From IMG/VR virus record IMGVR_UViG_2630968911_000005: DNA of 27,633 bases, one strand, 5' to 3'. Below the pieces are notes generated by a model that saw only the letters and a program-made list of their open reading frames with translations, ran no database searches and was not told where the DNA came from. Positions 9,193 through 18,454 of this stretch are shown piece by piece (the stretch's first letter is position 1; every line of letters starts with the position of its first letter). Both the position numbers and the translations under genes were made by a program. Origin of the DNA: a virus. Its lineage: Duplodnaviria; Heunggongvirae; Uroviricota; Caudoviricetes.

Positions 9193-9669
9193 GTGAGTCA
9201 CCTCTGACTGAGAGTTTACTCACTTAGCCGCGTGTCCACTATTGCTGGGTAAGATCACATATCCATTCATAGGGTAGATTCTTAAGTCGCGTTTCTGGTG
9301 TTCATTTTCGGGTGGTTTGTTACTTGTTTTACCGGGGATATGCCAGAAACGCGCTGAGTCAGTCTGGGCGGTGCGCGTAATGAGGCGTTATGGTAAATAG
9401 CCTATGCTAATGTCCGCTAAGAGCAAGAAGCGGAAGTTGGCAGTTTTGTGGACTGTCCCCACAAAAGTGACTACAGAAATAGTTGCAATTCATAATTGAT
9501 CATGGGTTGTCAGTTAAACTCGTGGCGATTTAAATAGACTAATTGGGAGTGCGTCCATTACTTATATCTTGTAATGTTAACTATCAGAAATGATACAAAG
9601 ATAATATGTCTTTAAAGAAAAGGCTGATGGCGAAAAGTGGCCCGATGAGGGCCACAATACGGCTGTCAC

Positions 9670-10002
9670 TTAGACGTAAATATCAATGGTGCCAGCGGTA
9701 TTTGTATCGTCTTTTTTCTCTTCTTTTTTATCAGGCTGAACTGTCGCGTCTTCATTCTTTTTCTCTGCCTGCTGCCTTAACAACTGCTCCAGTTGAGCCC
9801 AGAGGCTTTCAATTTGCTTCTGTACCAATGCAGCCATTTCTTTTTTCTGCTGTGTCGTCATCCCCTCTTCCGATGAGATTTTCCCAAGCTTTTCAGTCAG
9901 CACCTGAATTTGTCTTGTGATTTTGGCTATTTCTGATGTTCCTTCCGGGGCGGAGTTGTTTGAAATAACGGTTGAGGTATTTCCCTGAATTGTGACAGAC
10001 AT
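9670..10002 (-). CDS. flxA: FlxA-like protein (FliA-regulated prophage gene)
   Basis: 110-aa product matches E. coli K-12 FlxA as recalled. RBS AAGGAG upstream. Confidence 0.9.
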   Translation of the reverse strand: MSVTIQGNTSTVISNNSAPEGTSEIAKITRQIQVLTEKLGKISSEEGMTTQQKKEMAALVQKQIESLWAQLEQLLRQQAEKKNEDATVQPDKKEEKKDDTNTAGTIDIYV

Positions 10003-10025
10003 AGATTTCTCCTTTTAAAAAAGCA

Positions 10026-10052
10026 CTATCGGCATGCACAAAAAAATCTTTA
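10026..10052 (-). promoter_or_regulatory. Sigma-28 (FliA) class 3 flagellar-type promoter for flxA
   Basis: Minus strand reads TAAA-N15-GCCGATAG (consensus TAAA-N15-GCCGATAA), ending about 24 nt upstream of the flxA ATG. Confidence 0.6.
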
Positions 10053-10204
10053 ATCGTATTTCTTGTGTCATTAATTGTTTGATGTTCAGATTGTTTTCCT
10101 CGCGGGCTGGCGCGCCTCAGAAAGTAAAGCTTGTTGACAGGGGTAAACGTTCGGCAATAATTTTCTGCCGCATGCGGGTGTTGCATAAAACGTGTTACGT
10201 TCCT

Positions 10205-10510
10205 TTATCGACAGGTCAGGTCACCGCTCACCCGCCGACGAGAAAGCAACACTGACATGCTAAAGCAAAAAATAGATGAATAAGTTGAGTTGTGCATATG
10301 TAGCCTGACCGTCACAAAGTATATGGTGTCTGTACCAGTAAGATGATGGCCGGACTCTTTAAAAACGAGCTGACCTGCACAATACAGGATGGACTTAGCA
10401 ATGGCTGCTCCTGGCACAAAGCGGACAGTGATCACCGTTCTTACGACTACTTTCTGACTTCCTTCGTGACTTGCCCTAAGCATGTTGTAGTGCGATACTT
10501 GTAATGACAT
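10205..10510 (-). CDS. ydfV: Hypothetical protein (YdfV-like position and length, 101 aa); doubtful gene
   Basis: ORF divergent from relB, same position and length as K-12 ydfV. No clear RBS or motifs. Confidence 0.3.
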   Translation of the reverse strand: MSLQVSHYNMLRASHEGSQKVVVRTVITVRFVPGAAIAKSILYCAGQLVFKESGHHLTGTDTIYFVTVRLHMHNSTYSSIFCFSMSVLLSRRRVSGDLTCR

Positions 10511-10523
10511 TTGTAATTACAAG
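10471..10523 (+). promoter_or_regulatory. relBE promoter (TTGCCC-N17-GATACT) with overlapping operator repeats (relO)
   Basis: CTTGTAATGACATTTGTAATTACAAG at 10498-10523 has repeated TTGTAAT hexads with dyad symmetry, just upstream of relB. Confidence 0.6.
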
Positions 10524-10534
10524 AGGTGTAAGAC

Positions 10535-10774
10535 ATGGGTAGCATTAACCTGCGTATTGACGATGAACTTAAAGCGCGTTCTTACGCCGCGCTTGAAAAA
10601 ATGGGTGTAACTCCTTCTGAAGCGCTTCGTCTCATGCTCGAGTATATCGCTGACAATGAACGCTTGCCGTTCAAACAGACACTCCTGAGTGATGAAGATG
10701 CTGAACTTGTGGAGATAGTGAAAGAACGGCTTCGTAATCCTAAGCCAGTACGTGTGACGCTGGATGAACTCTGA
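10535..10774 (+). CDS. relB: RelB antitoxin
   Basis: 79-aa product matches K-12 RelB as recalled (MGSINLRIDDELKARSYA...). Stop overlaps relE start (TGATG). Confidence 0.95.
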   Translation: MGSINLRIDDELKARSYAALEKMGVTPSEALRLMLEYIADNERLPFKQTLLSDEDAELVEIVKERLRNPKPVRVTLDEL

Positions 10775-11061
10775 TGGCGTATTTTCTGGATTTTGACGAG
10801 CGGGCACTAAAGGAATGGCGAAAGCTGGGCTCGACGGTACGTGAACAGTTGAAAAAGAAGCTGGTTGAAGTACTTGAGTCACCCCGGATTGAAGCAAACA
10901 AGCTCCGTGGTATGCCTGATTGTTACAAGATTAAGCTCCGGTCTTCAGGCTATCGCCTTGTATACCAGGTTATAGACGAGAAAGTTGTCGTTTTCGTGAT
11001 TTCTGTTGGGAAAAGAGAACGCTCGGAAGTATATAGCGAGGCGGTCAAACGCATTCTCTGA
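10774..11061 (+). CDS. relE: RelE mRNA interferase toxin
   Basis: 95-aa product matches K-12 RelE as recalled (MAYFLDFDERALKEW...). Confidence 0.95.
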   Translation: MAYFLDFDERALKEWRKLGSTVREQLKKKLVEVLESPRIEANKLRGMPDCYKIKLRSSGYRLVYQVIDEKVVVFVISVGKRERSEVYSEAVKRIL

Positions 11062-11132
11062 ACCAAAGCATGACATCTCTGTTTCGCACCGAAGGTGACA
11101 CTTCTGCTTTGCGTTGACAGGAGAAGCAGGCT

Positions 11133-11288
11133 ATGAAGCAGCAAAAGGCGATGTTAATCGCCCTGATCGTCATCTGTTTAACCGTCATAGTGACGGCACT
11201 GGTAACGAGGAAAGACCTCTGCGAGGTACGAATCCGAACCGGCCAGACGGAGGTCGCTGTCTTCACAGCTTACGAACCTGAGGAGTAA
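11133..11288 (+). CDS. hokD: Hok-family small membrane toxin HokD (RelF), 51 aa
   Basis: Manual translation MKQQKAMLIALIVICLTVIVTALVTRKDLCEVRIRTGQTEVAVFTAYEPEE. Below the ORF-track size cutoff. RBS GGAGAAG upstream. Confidence 0.85.
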   Translation: MKQQKAMLIALIVICLTVIVTALVTRKDLCEVRIRTGQTEVAVFTAYEPEE

Positions 11289-11356
11289 GAGACCCGGCGG
11301 GGGAGAAATCCCTCGCCACCTCTGATGTGGCAGGCATCCTCAACGCACCCGCACTT

Positions 11357-11390
11357 AACCCGCTTCGGCGGGTTTTTGTTTTTATTTTCA
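11357..11390 (+). terminator. Rho-independent terminator after the relBE-hokD operon
   Basis: Stem CCCGC/GCGGG with TTCG loop, followed by TTTTTGTTTTTATTTT. Confidence 0.6.
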
Positions 11391-11504
11391 ACGCGTTTGA
11401 AGTTCTGGACGGTGCCGGAATAGAATCAAAAATACTTAAGTAGCGCGCAGGGATAAGAGGGATGGTCCCTTAAAGGGGAGAGCTAATTATCCGGAAGGAT
11501 TCTG

Positions 11505-11756
11505 ATGATGAACATCGAAGAACTGCGTAAAATTTTTTGTGAAGATGGCCTCTATGCTGTGTGCGTTGAAAATGGAAATCTTGTTAGTCATTACCGCATT
11601 ATGTGTTTGCGAAAGAATGGGGCTGCGTTAATTAATTTTGTGGATGCTCGGGTCACGGACGGATTTATCTTGCGCGAAGGTGAGTTTGTCACTTCATTAC
11701 AGGCATTGAAAGAGATCGGAATAAAAGCTGGCTTTTCTGCTTTTTCAGGAGAATAA
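11505..11756 (+). CDS. rem: Rem protein (function unknown)
   Basis: 83-aa product matches K-12 Rem as recalled (MMNIEELRKIFCEDGLYAVC...). Confidence 0.85.
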   Translation: MMNIEELRKIFCEDGLYAVCVENGNLVSHYRIMCLRKNGAALINFVDARVTDGFILREGEFVTSLQALKEIGIKAGFSAFSGE

Positions 11757-11822
11757 ACTCATCTACAATCTTGCGCGGGGCTGAACTCCCGCTGAGTAAC
11801 ACCGTGCCACCGGAGAAAACCG

Positions 11823-12101
11823 ATGGCACGCAACGCAAAATATTACAATTCTGATAATTCGCCCGTTCTTGCCTGCACGCACGGGCGGTATTCTCACGCA
11901 TTCAAGTCTGAATGGTTCCAGCACCCTCCATGCACTGCAGAACAGGCCGAATGGCTGATTCATTCTTACCGCAGGCGCGGGTTCGAGGTTAAGAAAGCTC
12001 TCAGTCTCGACTATCGGCACTGGATAATCTCTGTCAGGCTGCCTTATTCCGAACGCCCACCACGTGCGTCCCGCACTTTCCAGCAACGGATCTGGAGGTA
12101 A
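11823..12101 (+). CDS. Hypothetical protein (92 aa) immediately upstream of ydfU
   Basis: ORF ends 2 nt before the ydfU start. Cys/His-containing sequence. No homolog recognised. Confidence 0.4.
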   Translation: MARNAKYYNSDNSPVLACTHGRYSHAFKSEWFQHPPCTAEQAEWLIHSYRRRGFEVKKALSLDYRHWIISVRLPYSERPPRASRTFQQRIWR

Positions 12102-12102
12102 C

Positions 12103-13152
12103 GTGCGGGTATTACTTAGACCTGTTCTGGTGCCTGAGCTTGGGCTGGTGGTCCTTAAGCCGGGCCGTGAATCCATACAGATATTTCATAATCCTCGAGT
12201 GCTGGTGGAACCGGAACCAAAAAGCATGCGTAATCTGCCATCCGGAGTCGTTCCTGCCGTTCGCCAGCCGCTGGCGGAAGACAAAACATTGCTGCCGTTT
12301 TTTAGTAACGAACGGGTGATTCGTGCTGCTGGCGGCGTTGGCGCATTGTCCGACTGGCTATTACGTCATGTTACATCCTGCCAGTGGCCTAATGGCGATT
12401 ACCATCACACTGAAACAGTCATTCACCGTTATGGTACCGGCGCAATGGTGTTGTGCTGGCACTGCGACAACCAACTGCGTGACCAGACATCGGAATCACT
12501 GGAGCTGCTTGCTCAACAAAATCTGACAGCATGGGTGATTGACGTCATCCGTCACGCAATAAGCGGTACGCAGGAGCGGGAATTATCTTTGGCTGAATTA
12601 TCCTGGTGGGCGGTCTGCAATCAGGTGGTGGATGCACTACCTGAGGCTGTATCGCGTCGTTCGCTGGGATTACCAGCGGAAAAAATCTGCTCGGTGTACC
12701 GCGAAAGCGACATCGTACCGGGAGAGCAGACCGCCACCAGCATATTGAAACAACGCACAAAAAATCTTGCACCGTTGCCTTACGCCCACCAGCAACAAAA
12801 ATCACCACAGGAAAAGACGGTGGTAAGCATCACCGTTGATCCAGAGTCTCCGGAATCTTTCATGAAGCTGCCTAAACGTCGCCGCTGGGTTAAGGAGAAA
12901 TACACACGTTGGGTTAAGACACAGCCGTGTGCTTGCTGCGGTATGCCAGCCGACGATCCGCATCATCTGATTGGTCACGGGCAGGGCGGAATGGGAACAA
13001 AAGCACATGATCTCTTTGTGTTGCCTTTGTGCAGAAAGCATCACAACGAGCTGCATACGGATACAGTGGCATTTGAAGATAAGTATGGCTCCCAACTGGA
13101 GCTGATATTTCGTTTTATCGATCGCGCGCTGGCAATTGGCGTACTGGCGTAA
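12103..13152 (+). CDS. ydfU: YdfU-like protein with C-terminal HNH/zinc-binding-like motif
   Basis: GTG start at 12103 with GGAGG 5 nt upstream gives 349 aa. C-terminus has CACCGMPADDPHHLIGHGQGG ... CRKHHNELH. Confidence 0.8.
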   Translation: MRVLLRPVLVPELGLVVLKPGRESIQIFHNPRVLVEPEPKSMRNLPSGVVPAVRQPLAEDKTLLPFFSNERVIRAAGGVGALSDWLLRHVTSCQWPNGDYHHTETVIHRYGTGAMVLCWHCDNQLRDQTSESLELLAQQNLTAWVIDVIRHAISGTQERELSLAELSWWAVCNQVVDALPEAVSRRSLGLPAEKICSVYRESDIVPGEQTATSILKQRTKNLAPLPYAHQQQKSPQEKTVVSITVDPESPESFMKLPKRRRWVKEKYTRWVKTQPCACCGMPADDPHHLIGHGQGGMGTKAHDLFVLPLCRKHHNELHTDTVAFEDKYGSQLELIFRFIDRALAIGVLA

Positions 13153-13165
13153 GTGGAGAACGAGC

Positions 13166-13918
13166 ATGAACCTTGAAGCCTTACCAAAATATTACTCCCC
13201 AAAATCTCCAAAATTGAGCGATGACGCTCCAGCGACAGGCACCGGTTGTTTAACAATTACGGATGTAATGGCAGCGCAGGGGATGGTGCAGTCGAAAGCA
13301 CCACTTGGGTTGGCCTTATTTCTGGCAAAAGTTGGTGTTCAGGACCCTCAGTTTGCGATTGAAGGCCTGCTAAATTACGCGATGGCACTGGATAACCCGA
13401 CATTGAACAAATTGAGTGAAGAAATCCGGTTACAGATTATTCCTTACCTCGTGAGTTTTGCCTTTGCTGATTACTCCAGGTCTGCGGCAAGTAAGGCTCG
13501 CTGTGAGCATTGTTCAGGTACGGGATTTTATAATGTATTGCGCGAAGTGGTGAAACACTACAGACGCGGGGAATCTGTAATCAAGGAAGAATGGGTGAAG
13601 GAACTATGTCAGCATTGCCATGGTAAGGGCGAAGCCAGCACAGCGTGCAGAGGGTGTAAGGGTAAAGGGATTGTTCTGGATGAAAAAAGAACCCGGTTTC
13701 ATGGCGTACCGGTATATAAGATTTGTGGGCGTTGTAATGGAAACCGGTTTAGTCGTTTACCGACCACGCTGGCACGACGTCATGTCCAGAAGCTGGTACC
13801 AGACCTGACCGATTATCAGTGGTATAAGGGGTATGCGGACGTCATTGGTAAACTGGTAACAAAGTGCTGGCAGGAAGAAGCATACGCGGAAGCGCAATTG
13901 AGGAAGGTGACGAGATAA
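13166..13918 (+). CDS. quuQ: Late-gene antiterminator Q (lambdoid Q family)
   Basis: 250 aa from ATG 13166 (GGAG upstream). Contains zinc-finger-like CEHCSGTG / CQHCHGKG / CRGCKGKG. Followed by a promoter plus terminator unit. Confidence 0.85.
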   Translation: MNLEALPKYYSPKSPKLSDDAPATGTGCLTITDVMAAQGMVQSKAPLGLALFLAKVGVQDPQFAIEGLLNYAMALDNPTLNKLSEEIRLQIIPYLVSFAFADYSRSAASKARCEHCSGTGFYNVLREVVKHYRRGESVIKEEWVKELCQHCHGKGEASTACRGCKGKGIVLDEKRTRFHGVPVYKICGRCNGNRFSRLPTTLARRHVQKLVPDLTDYQWYKGYADVIGKLVTKCWQEEAYAEAQLRKVTR

Positions 13919-13949
13919 ATGATTTTTGCTGAAGATGGCGACATGATGT

Positions 13950-13978
13950 TTGCATTTTTCAAAAAATATGGATAAAAT
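13950..13978 (+). promoter_or_regulatory. PR'-like late promoter (TTGCAT-N17-TAAAAT) downstream of Q
   Basis: Near-consensus sigma-70 hexamers with 17-bp spacer; terminator about 50 nt downstream, as in lambda PR'/qut/tR'. Confidence 0.5.
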
Positions 13979-14023
13979 TTTTTCAACGATGGGCTTTGTA
14001 TACCCGACGTTAAGAAAAAGTAG

Positions 14024-14054
14024 AAAACCCGCTGATGAGCGGGTTTTGTGCTTT
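14024..14054 (+). terminator. Rho-independent terminator (tR'-like) ending a short leader transcript
   Basis: AAAACCCGCT-GATG-AGCGGGTTTTGTGCTTT: 6-bp GC stem followed by a T-run. Confidence 0.6.
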
Positions 14055-14339
14055 AAATGGGGCAATGGTAATGTTGAATCTCATCCCGGGACTCATGTCT
14101 GTTAACTTATTATTTAGCTGGTGACTTGGTTATTTGCCTGATGTTTAAAATGTTTTCTTCCAGTACAATGTCCCTAAACACAATGAGTCTGCTTATTATA
14201 TTATTAGCAGAGCTATTACGGCCAAAGTACAGCATAAGCTTTTAAAGCCAATCAACCAGTCATCAAGACAGACGGGGTTATTCATAAAAACTCTCCATGT
14301 GTGATCCGATGGGGCCTGAAATTAAAGCTTTAATATAGC

Positions 14340-14552
14340 TCATGAAAGGTAAACATTGGCAGCTGAAGGGCCACGCAGACCATTTATCCGGCAAAATTCC
14401 ACGCGTAATCCGGTGGTAATTTCTTCTGCATCGCGGAGATTGAGCGCTGAAACATGAAGCTGGACATCGATACGACCATCGGATGGGGTGATAAGACCCT
14501 TGCCGCTTTTGCCGTCAAAGGTTTTGACAATTCCTGTCATTTTACGGGACAA
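14340..14552 (-). CDS. cspF: Cold-shock protein family member CspF
   Basis: 70-aa cold-shock-domain protein ([26 protein letters not shown]...). Confidence 0.9.
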
Positions 14553-14852
14553 AAAAATTCCTTAATACTGATAACTTGGCGCACTATACACACGTTCCTG
14601 AAGAAAGCTATAGTTTTTTGATGGGGTTGAAGATGGCTGGATGTCTAAAATAAACATTGCTTCATATGTTCAACTATGCGTTAATGATTGCGTCGGTTTG
14701 AAGAACAGACGATATACGAAGTAGTTTACTAAAGCAGTTCTCATTTCAGGTGTTATTCACTTATTCCTTCTTTGAGTCTCTCCAATTAAGTACGAAGTCG
14801 TTTCTGTTATGCAAACCATTTATGCCGAAAGGCTCAAGTTAAGGAATGTAGA

Positions 14853-15068
14853 ATGTCAAATAAAATGACTGGTTTAGTAAAATGGTTTAACGCTGATAAA
14901 GGTTTCGGCTTTATTTCTCCTGTTGATGGTAGTAAAGATGTGTTTGTGCATTTTTCTGCGATTCAGAATGATAATTATCGAACCTTATTTGAAGGTCAAA
15001 AGGTTACCTTCTCTATAGAGAGTGGTGCTAAAGGTCCTGCAGCAGCAAATGTCATCATTACTGATTAA
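14853..15068 (+). CDS. cspB: Cold-shock protein CspB
   Basis: 71-aa product with RNP motifs (KGFGFI, VFVHF). Long AT-rich 5' leader upstream. Confidence 0.92.
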   Translation: MSNKMTGLVKWFNADKGFGFISPVDGSKDVFVHFSAIQNDNYRTLFEGQKVTFSIESGAKGPAAANVIITD

Positions 15069-15347
15069 AATTCATCGCTCGTCTGTATACGATAACGAAG
15101 AAGGCTGATGCCTGAGTAGAGATACGGACAGAGTAGTGAATATTGGATCTCTTTAATAAAAAGTAAGGAGGTCCAATACATGAAACAATGGCTAGCATAT
15201 TTGGCAAAATCTTAATCAGGAAAAGTATGCTAACCATTGTGGTGAAGTGCAGGTTTGCTGCATGAATAGTTTTACAGCAGAAGCTAACTGCTGGCATGGC
15301 AAAACAAAGTGCGTAAGTGGATGACTCCCACAAAAAGCACCACAATC

Positions 15348-15375
15348 TCAAACCCGCTCAGGCGGGTTTTTTATT
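15348..15375. terminator. Bidirectional rho-independent terminator between cspB and ynfU
   Basis: AAACCCGC-TCAG-GCGGGTTTTTTATT: GC stem flanked by an A-tract and a T-tract. Confidence 0.6.
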
Positions 15376-15431
15376 ATCTGCTTTAAATATATTATTAAAA
15401 TATAAAAAATACTTGTTACTAATAAAATCAA

Positions 15432-15602
15432 TCAGGCTACAGCTTTAAGATTTGTCTGGAATACTTTGTTGCAATGAGGGCAGATCAAAAGGGCACCTTT
15501 TTGTACTCTTGAAAAACTGTGTTCTGACTCTTGGGTGCAGTTTGGGCAGGAACATTTAACGAGATAATTACGGCGTGATTTTGAGTTTTTACGTTCTGAC
15601 AT
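15432..15602 (-). CDS. ynfU: Small zinc-ribbon protein YnfU-like (56 aa)
   Basis: MSERKNSKSRRNYLVKCSCPNCTQESEHSFSRVQKGALLICPHCNKVF... has two CxxC-type pairs. The ORF track begins 17 codons upstream. Confidence 0.65.
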   Translation of the reverse strand: MSERKNSKSRRNYLVKCSCPNCTQESEHSFSRVQKGALLICPHCNKVFQTNLKAVA

Positions 15603-15821
15603 AGGCTTTTCCTGTATAAATGGCCGTATACAGTACACTAAATATGAAAACATTTCTCGTATTATTATTTTATATATGACTTTCTTTCAAAATAATTACC
15701 CACATTTTTAATGTGTATGTTTTTTTAGCGCCGTTGAGAACAACGTGTGCTGTCAAAACTACCCCGTAGACTCCGATCTTTTCAAACATATTGCACCATC
15801 CGTGTACATCGGGGTGAGGAT

Positions 15822-16037
15822 ATGAAATCAATGGATAAGTTAACAACAGGTGTTGCCTATGGCACATCGGCGGGTAATGCTGGTTTCTGGGCATTGCAGT
15901 TACTCGATAAAGTAACTCCGTCACAGTGGGCTGCAATCGGTGTGCTGGGTAGCCTGGTTTTTGGCCTGCTGACGTATCTGACAAATCTTTATTTCAAGAT
16001 TAAAGAAGACAGGCGTAAGGCTGCGAGAGGAGAGTAA
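15822..16037 (+). CDS. essQ: Phage-21-type pinholin (S21-like), dual-start motif MKSMDK
   Basis: 71 aa, [26 protein letters not shown]...[15 protein letters not shown]; resembles S21 pinholin as recalled. RBS GGGGTGAGGA upstream. Confidence 0.88.
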   Translation: MKSMDKLTTGVAYGTSAGNAGFWALQLLDKVTPSQWAAIGVLGSLVFGLLTYLTNLYFKIKEDRRKAARGE

Positions 16038-16041
16038 TCCA

Positions 16042-16349
16042 ATGACTCAAGACTATGAACTGGTTGTGAAAGGAGTCCGTAATTTTGAGAATAAAGTTAC
16101 GGTAACTGTAGCCTTACAGGACAAAGAACGCTTTGACGGTGAAATTTTTGACCTGGATGTCGCCATGGACCGTGTTGAAGGAGCTGCGCTGGAGTTTTAT
16201 GAGGCAGCAGCCAGAAGGAGCGTCCGGCAAGTCTTCCTGGAAGTAGCAGAAAAATTGTCAGAAAAAGTTGAGTCTTATCTGCAGCATCAGTACTCCTTTA
16301 AGATTGAAAATCCTGCCAATAAGCACGAGCGTCCTCATCATAAATATCT

Positions 16350-16353
<4 letters not shown>
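16042..16353 (+). CDS. ydfR: YdfR-like protein of unknown function between holin and endolysin
   Basis: 103-aa ORF; its stop overlaps the endolysin start (ATGA). Confidence 0.8.
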
Positions 16354-17377
<1,024 letters not shown>

Positions 17378-17739
17378 GGTAATATTAAATCGGAACATTT
17401 ACATCGCGGAATGTAAAATTTAAATAAAAAGGACTCTTCCATGAGCCAAAATTCCTGAAATCTTAAGGGTAAGATAAAAGGTCTTAATCAGAATGACACG
17501 TTTTATTAATAAATAAAGCTATTCTTTCATTGCTGTGTTTTTCTTTACAAAAGTAATCCTTGCTATGGGTGGTTAATCATGCGTTAATGGTGTTCTGGTT
17601 TGTTACAAATTTATCTGAAGCAGTCATTGTTATAATTTTATTATTTGTACCTCTTGAGATTTCCTTGTTGGTTTTTCTCTCTGATATTTTTTTTCGGACC
17701 ATTCTGCCCAAGGGCTAATTTCTTCAAAAGGTAATAATT

Positions 17740-17952
17740 ATGTCTAACAAAATGACTGGTTTAGTGAAATGGTTTAACCCTGAAAAAGGTTTTGGTTTCA
17801 TCACGCCGAAAGATGGCAGCAAAGATGTGTTTGTCCATTTCTCAGCAATTCAGAGCAACGATTTCAAAACATTAACTGAGAATCAGGAAGTTGAATTTGG
17901 TATTGAGAACGGACCTAAAGGTCCTGCCGCTGTTCATGTAGTGGCGCTTTGA
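17740..17952 (+). CDS. cspI: Cold-shock protein CspI
   Basis: 70-aa cold-shock-domain protein ([34 protein letters not shown]...). RBS AAGGTAA. About 350-nt AT-rich leader. Confidence 0.92.
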   Translation: MSNKMTGLVKWFNPEKGFGFITPKDGSKDVFVHFSAIQSNDFKTLTENQEVEFGIENGPKGPAAVHVVAL

Positions 17953-18156
17953 GGTAGACAATATTACAAACCATATTCACTTTAGATGCCCGTGTTGTCA
18001 TGGTTCCCAGTATAGAACATCATCTTTTGATGTTTCTGACATGAATCCTTTCGGGGCAAAATGTATCTTTTGTAAATCAATGATGATTACATTTGATAAT
18101 ATTTCACAATACTTAAATGCCAGCCGTCTGTCGTTGGATTTAAAAAAGTGAAAATG

Positions 18157-18180
18157 AAGGCTCCTTCGGGAGCTTTTTTG
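18157..18180 (+). terminator. Rho-independent terminator with UUCG tetraloop downstream of cspI
   Basis: AAGGCTCC-TTCG-GGAGC followed by TTTTTT. Confidence 0.55.
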
Positions 18181-18223
18181 CTTGGTGTCTATTCGATGGA
18201 TACTCACATACTACGGTAACATC

Positions 18224-18454
18224 ATGAAAAAAATCATAGTTTTTTTTAACTCTGAACCAGCAGTGGTAGTGCCAGCGATGACTGGAGTTAACACCATCAT
18301 GCGTGAATATCCAAATGGCGAAAAAACACACCTTACTGTAATGGCCGCAGGGTTTCCATCTCTGACCGGAGATCATAAAGTCATTTATGTAGCCGCGGAT
18401 CGACATGTTACTTCAGAAGAAATTCTGGAAGCAGCAATAAGGCTCTTGAGTTGA
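18224..18454 (+). CDS. Hypothetical protein (start uncertain; the K-12 neighbour at this position, ynfN, is shorter)
   Basis: ORF MKKIIVFFNSEPAVVVPAMTGVNTIMREYPNGEKTHLTVMAAG.... Alternative ATG at 18299 has GGAG upstream. Confidence 0.45.
   Translation: MKKIIVFFNSEPAVVVPAMTGVNTIMREYPNGEKTHLTVMAAGFPSLTGDHKVIYVAADRHVTSEEILEAAIRLLS

Larger units (their letters stand above)
8001..9257 (-). mobile_element. IS3 insertion sequence (1257 bp) with terminal inverted repeats and 3-bp target duplication CAT
   Basis: Ends TGATCCTACCCACGTAATATGGACAC (8001-) and GTGTCCACTATTGCTGGGTAAGATCA (-9257). Flanked by CAT at 7998-8000 and 9258-9260. Encodes InsE/InsF. Confidence 0.92.

Noticed and set aside
9606-9920. 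104-aa plus-strand ORF overlapping flxA
   Set aside because: Antisense to flxA, which matches a known protein.
11763-12176. 137-aa minus-strand ORF across the 92-aa ORF/ydfU junction
   Set aside because: Antisense to two collinear plus-strand ORFs that have a Shine-Dalgarno-supported start. Arg/Pro-rich product.
12545-13256. Minus-strand ORFs antisense to ydfU and quuQ (12545-12808, 12802-13167, 13041-13256)
   Set aside because: Antisense to genes with recognisable motifs; no ribosome-binding sites.
17998-18207. 69-aa minus-strand ORF between cspI and the next gene
   Set aside because: Its start lies inside the terminator hairpin at 18157-18180. It is antisense to the zinc-ribbon-like frame. 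No ribosome-binding site.
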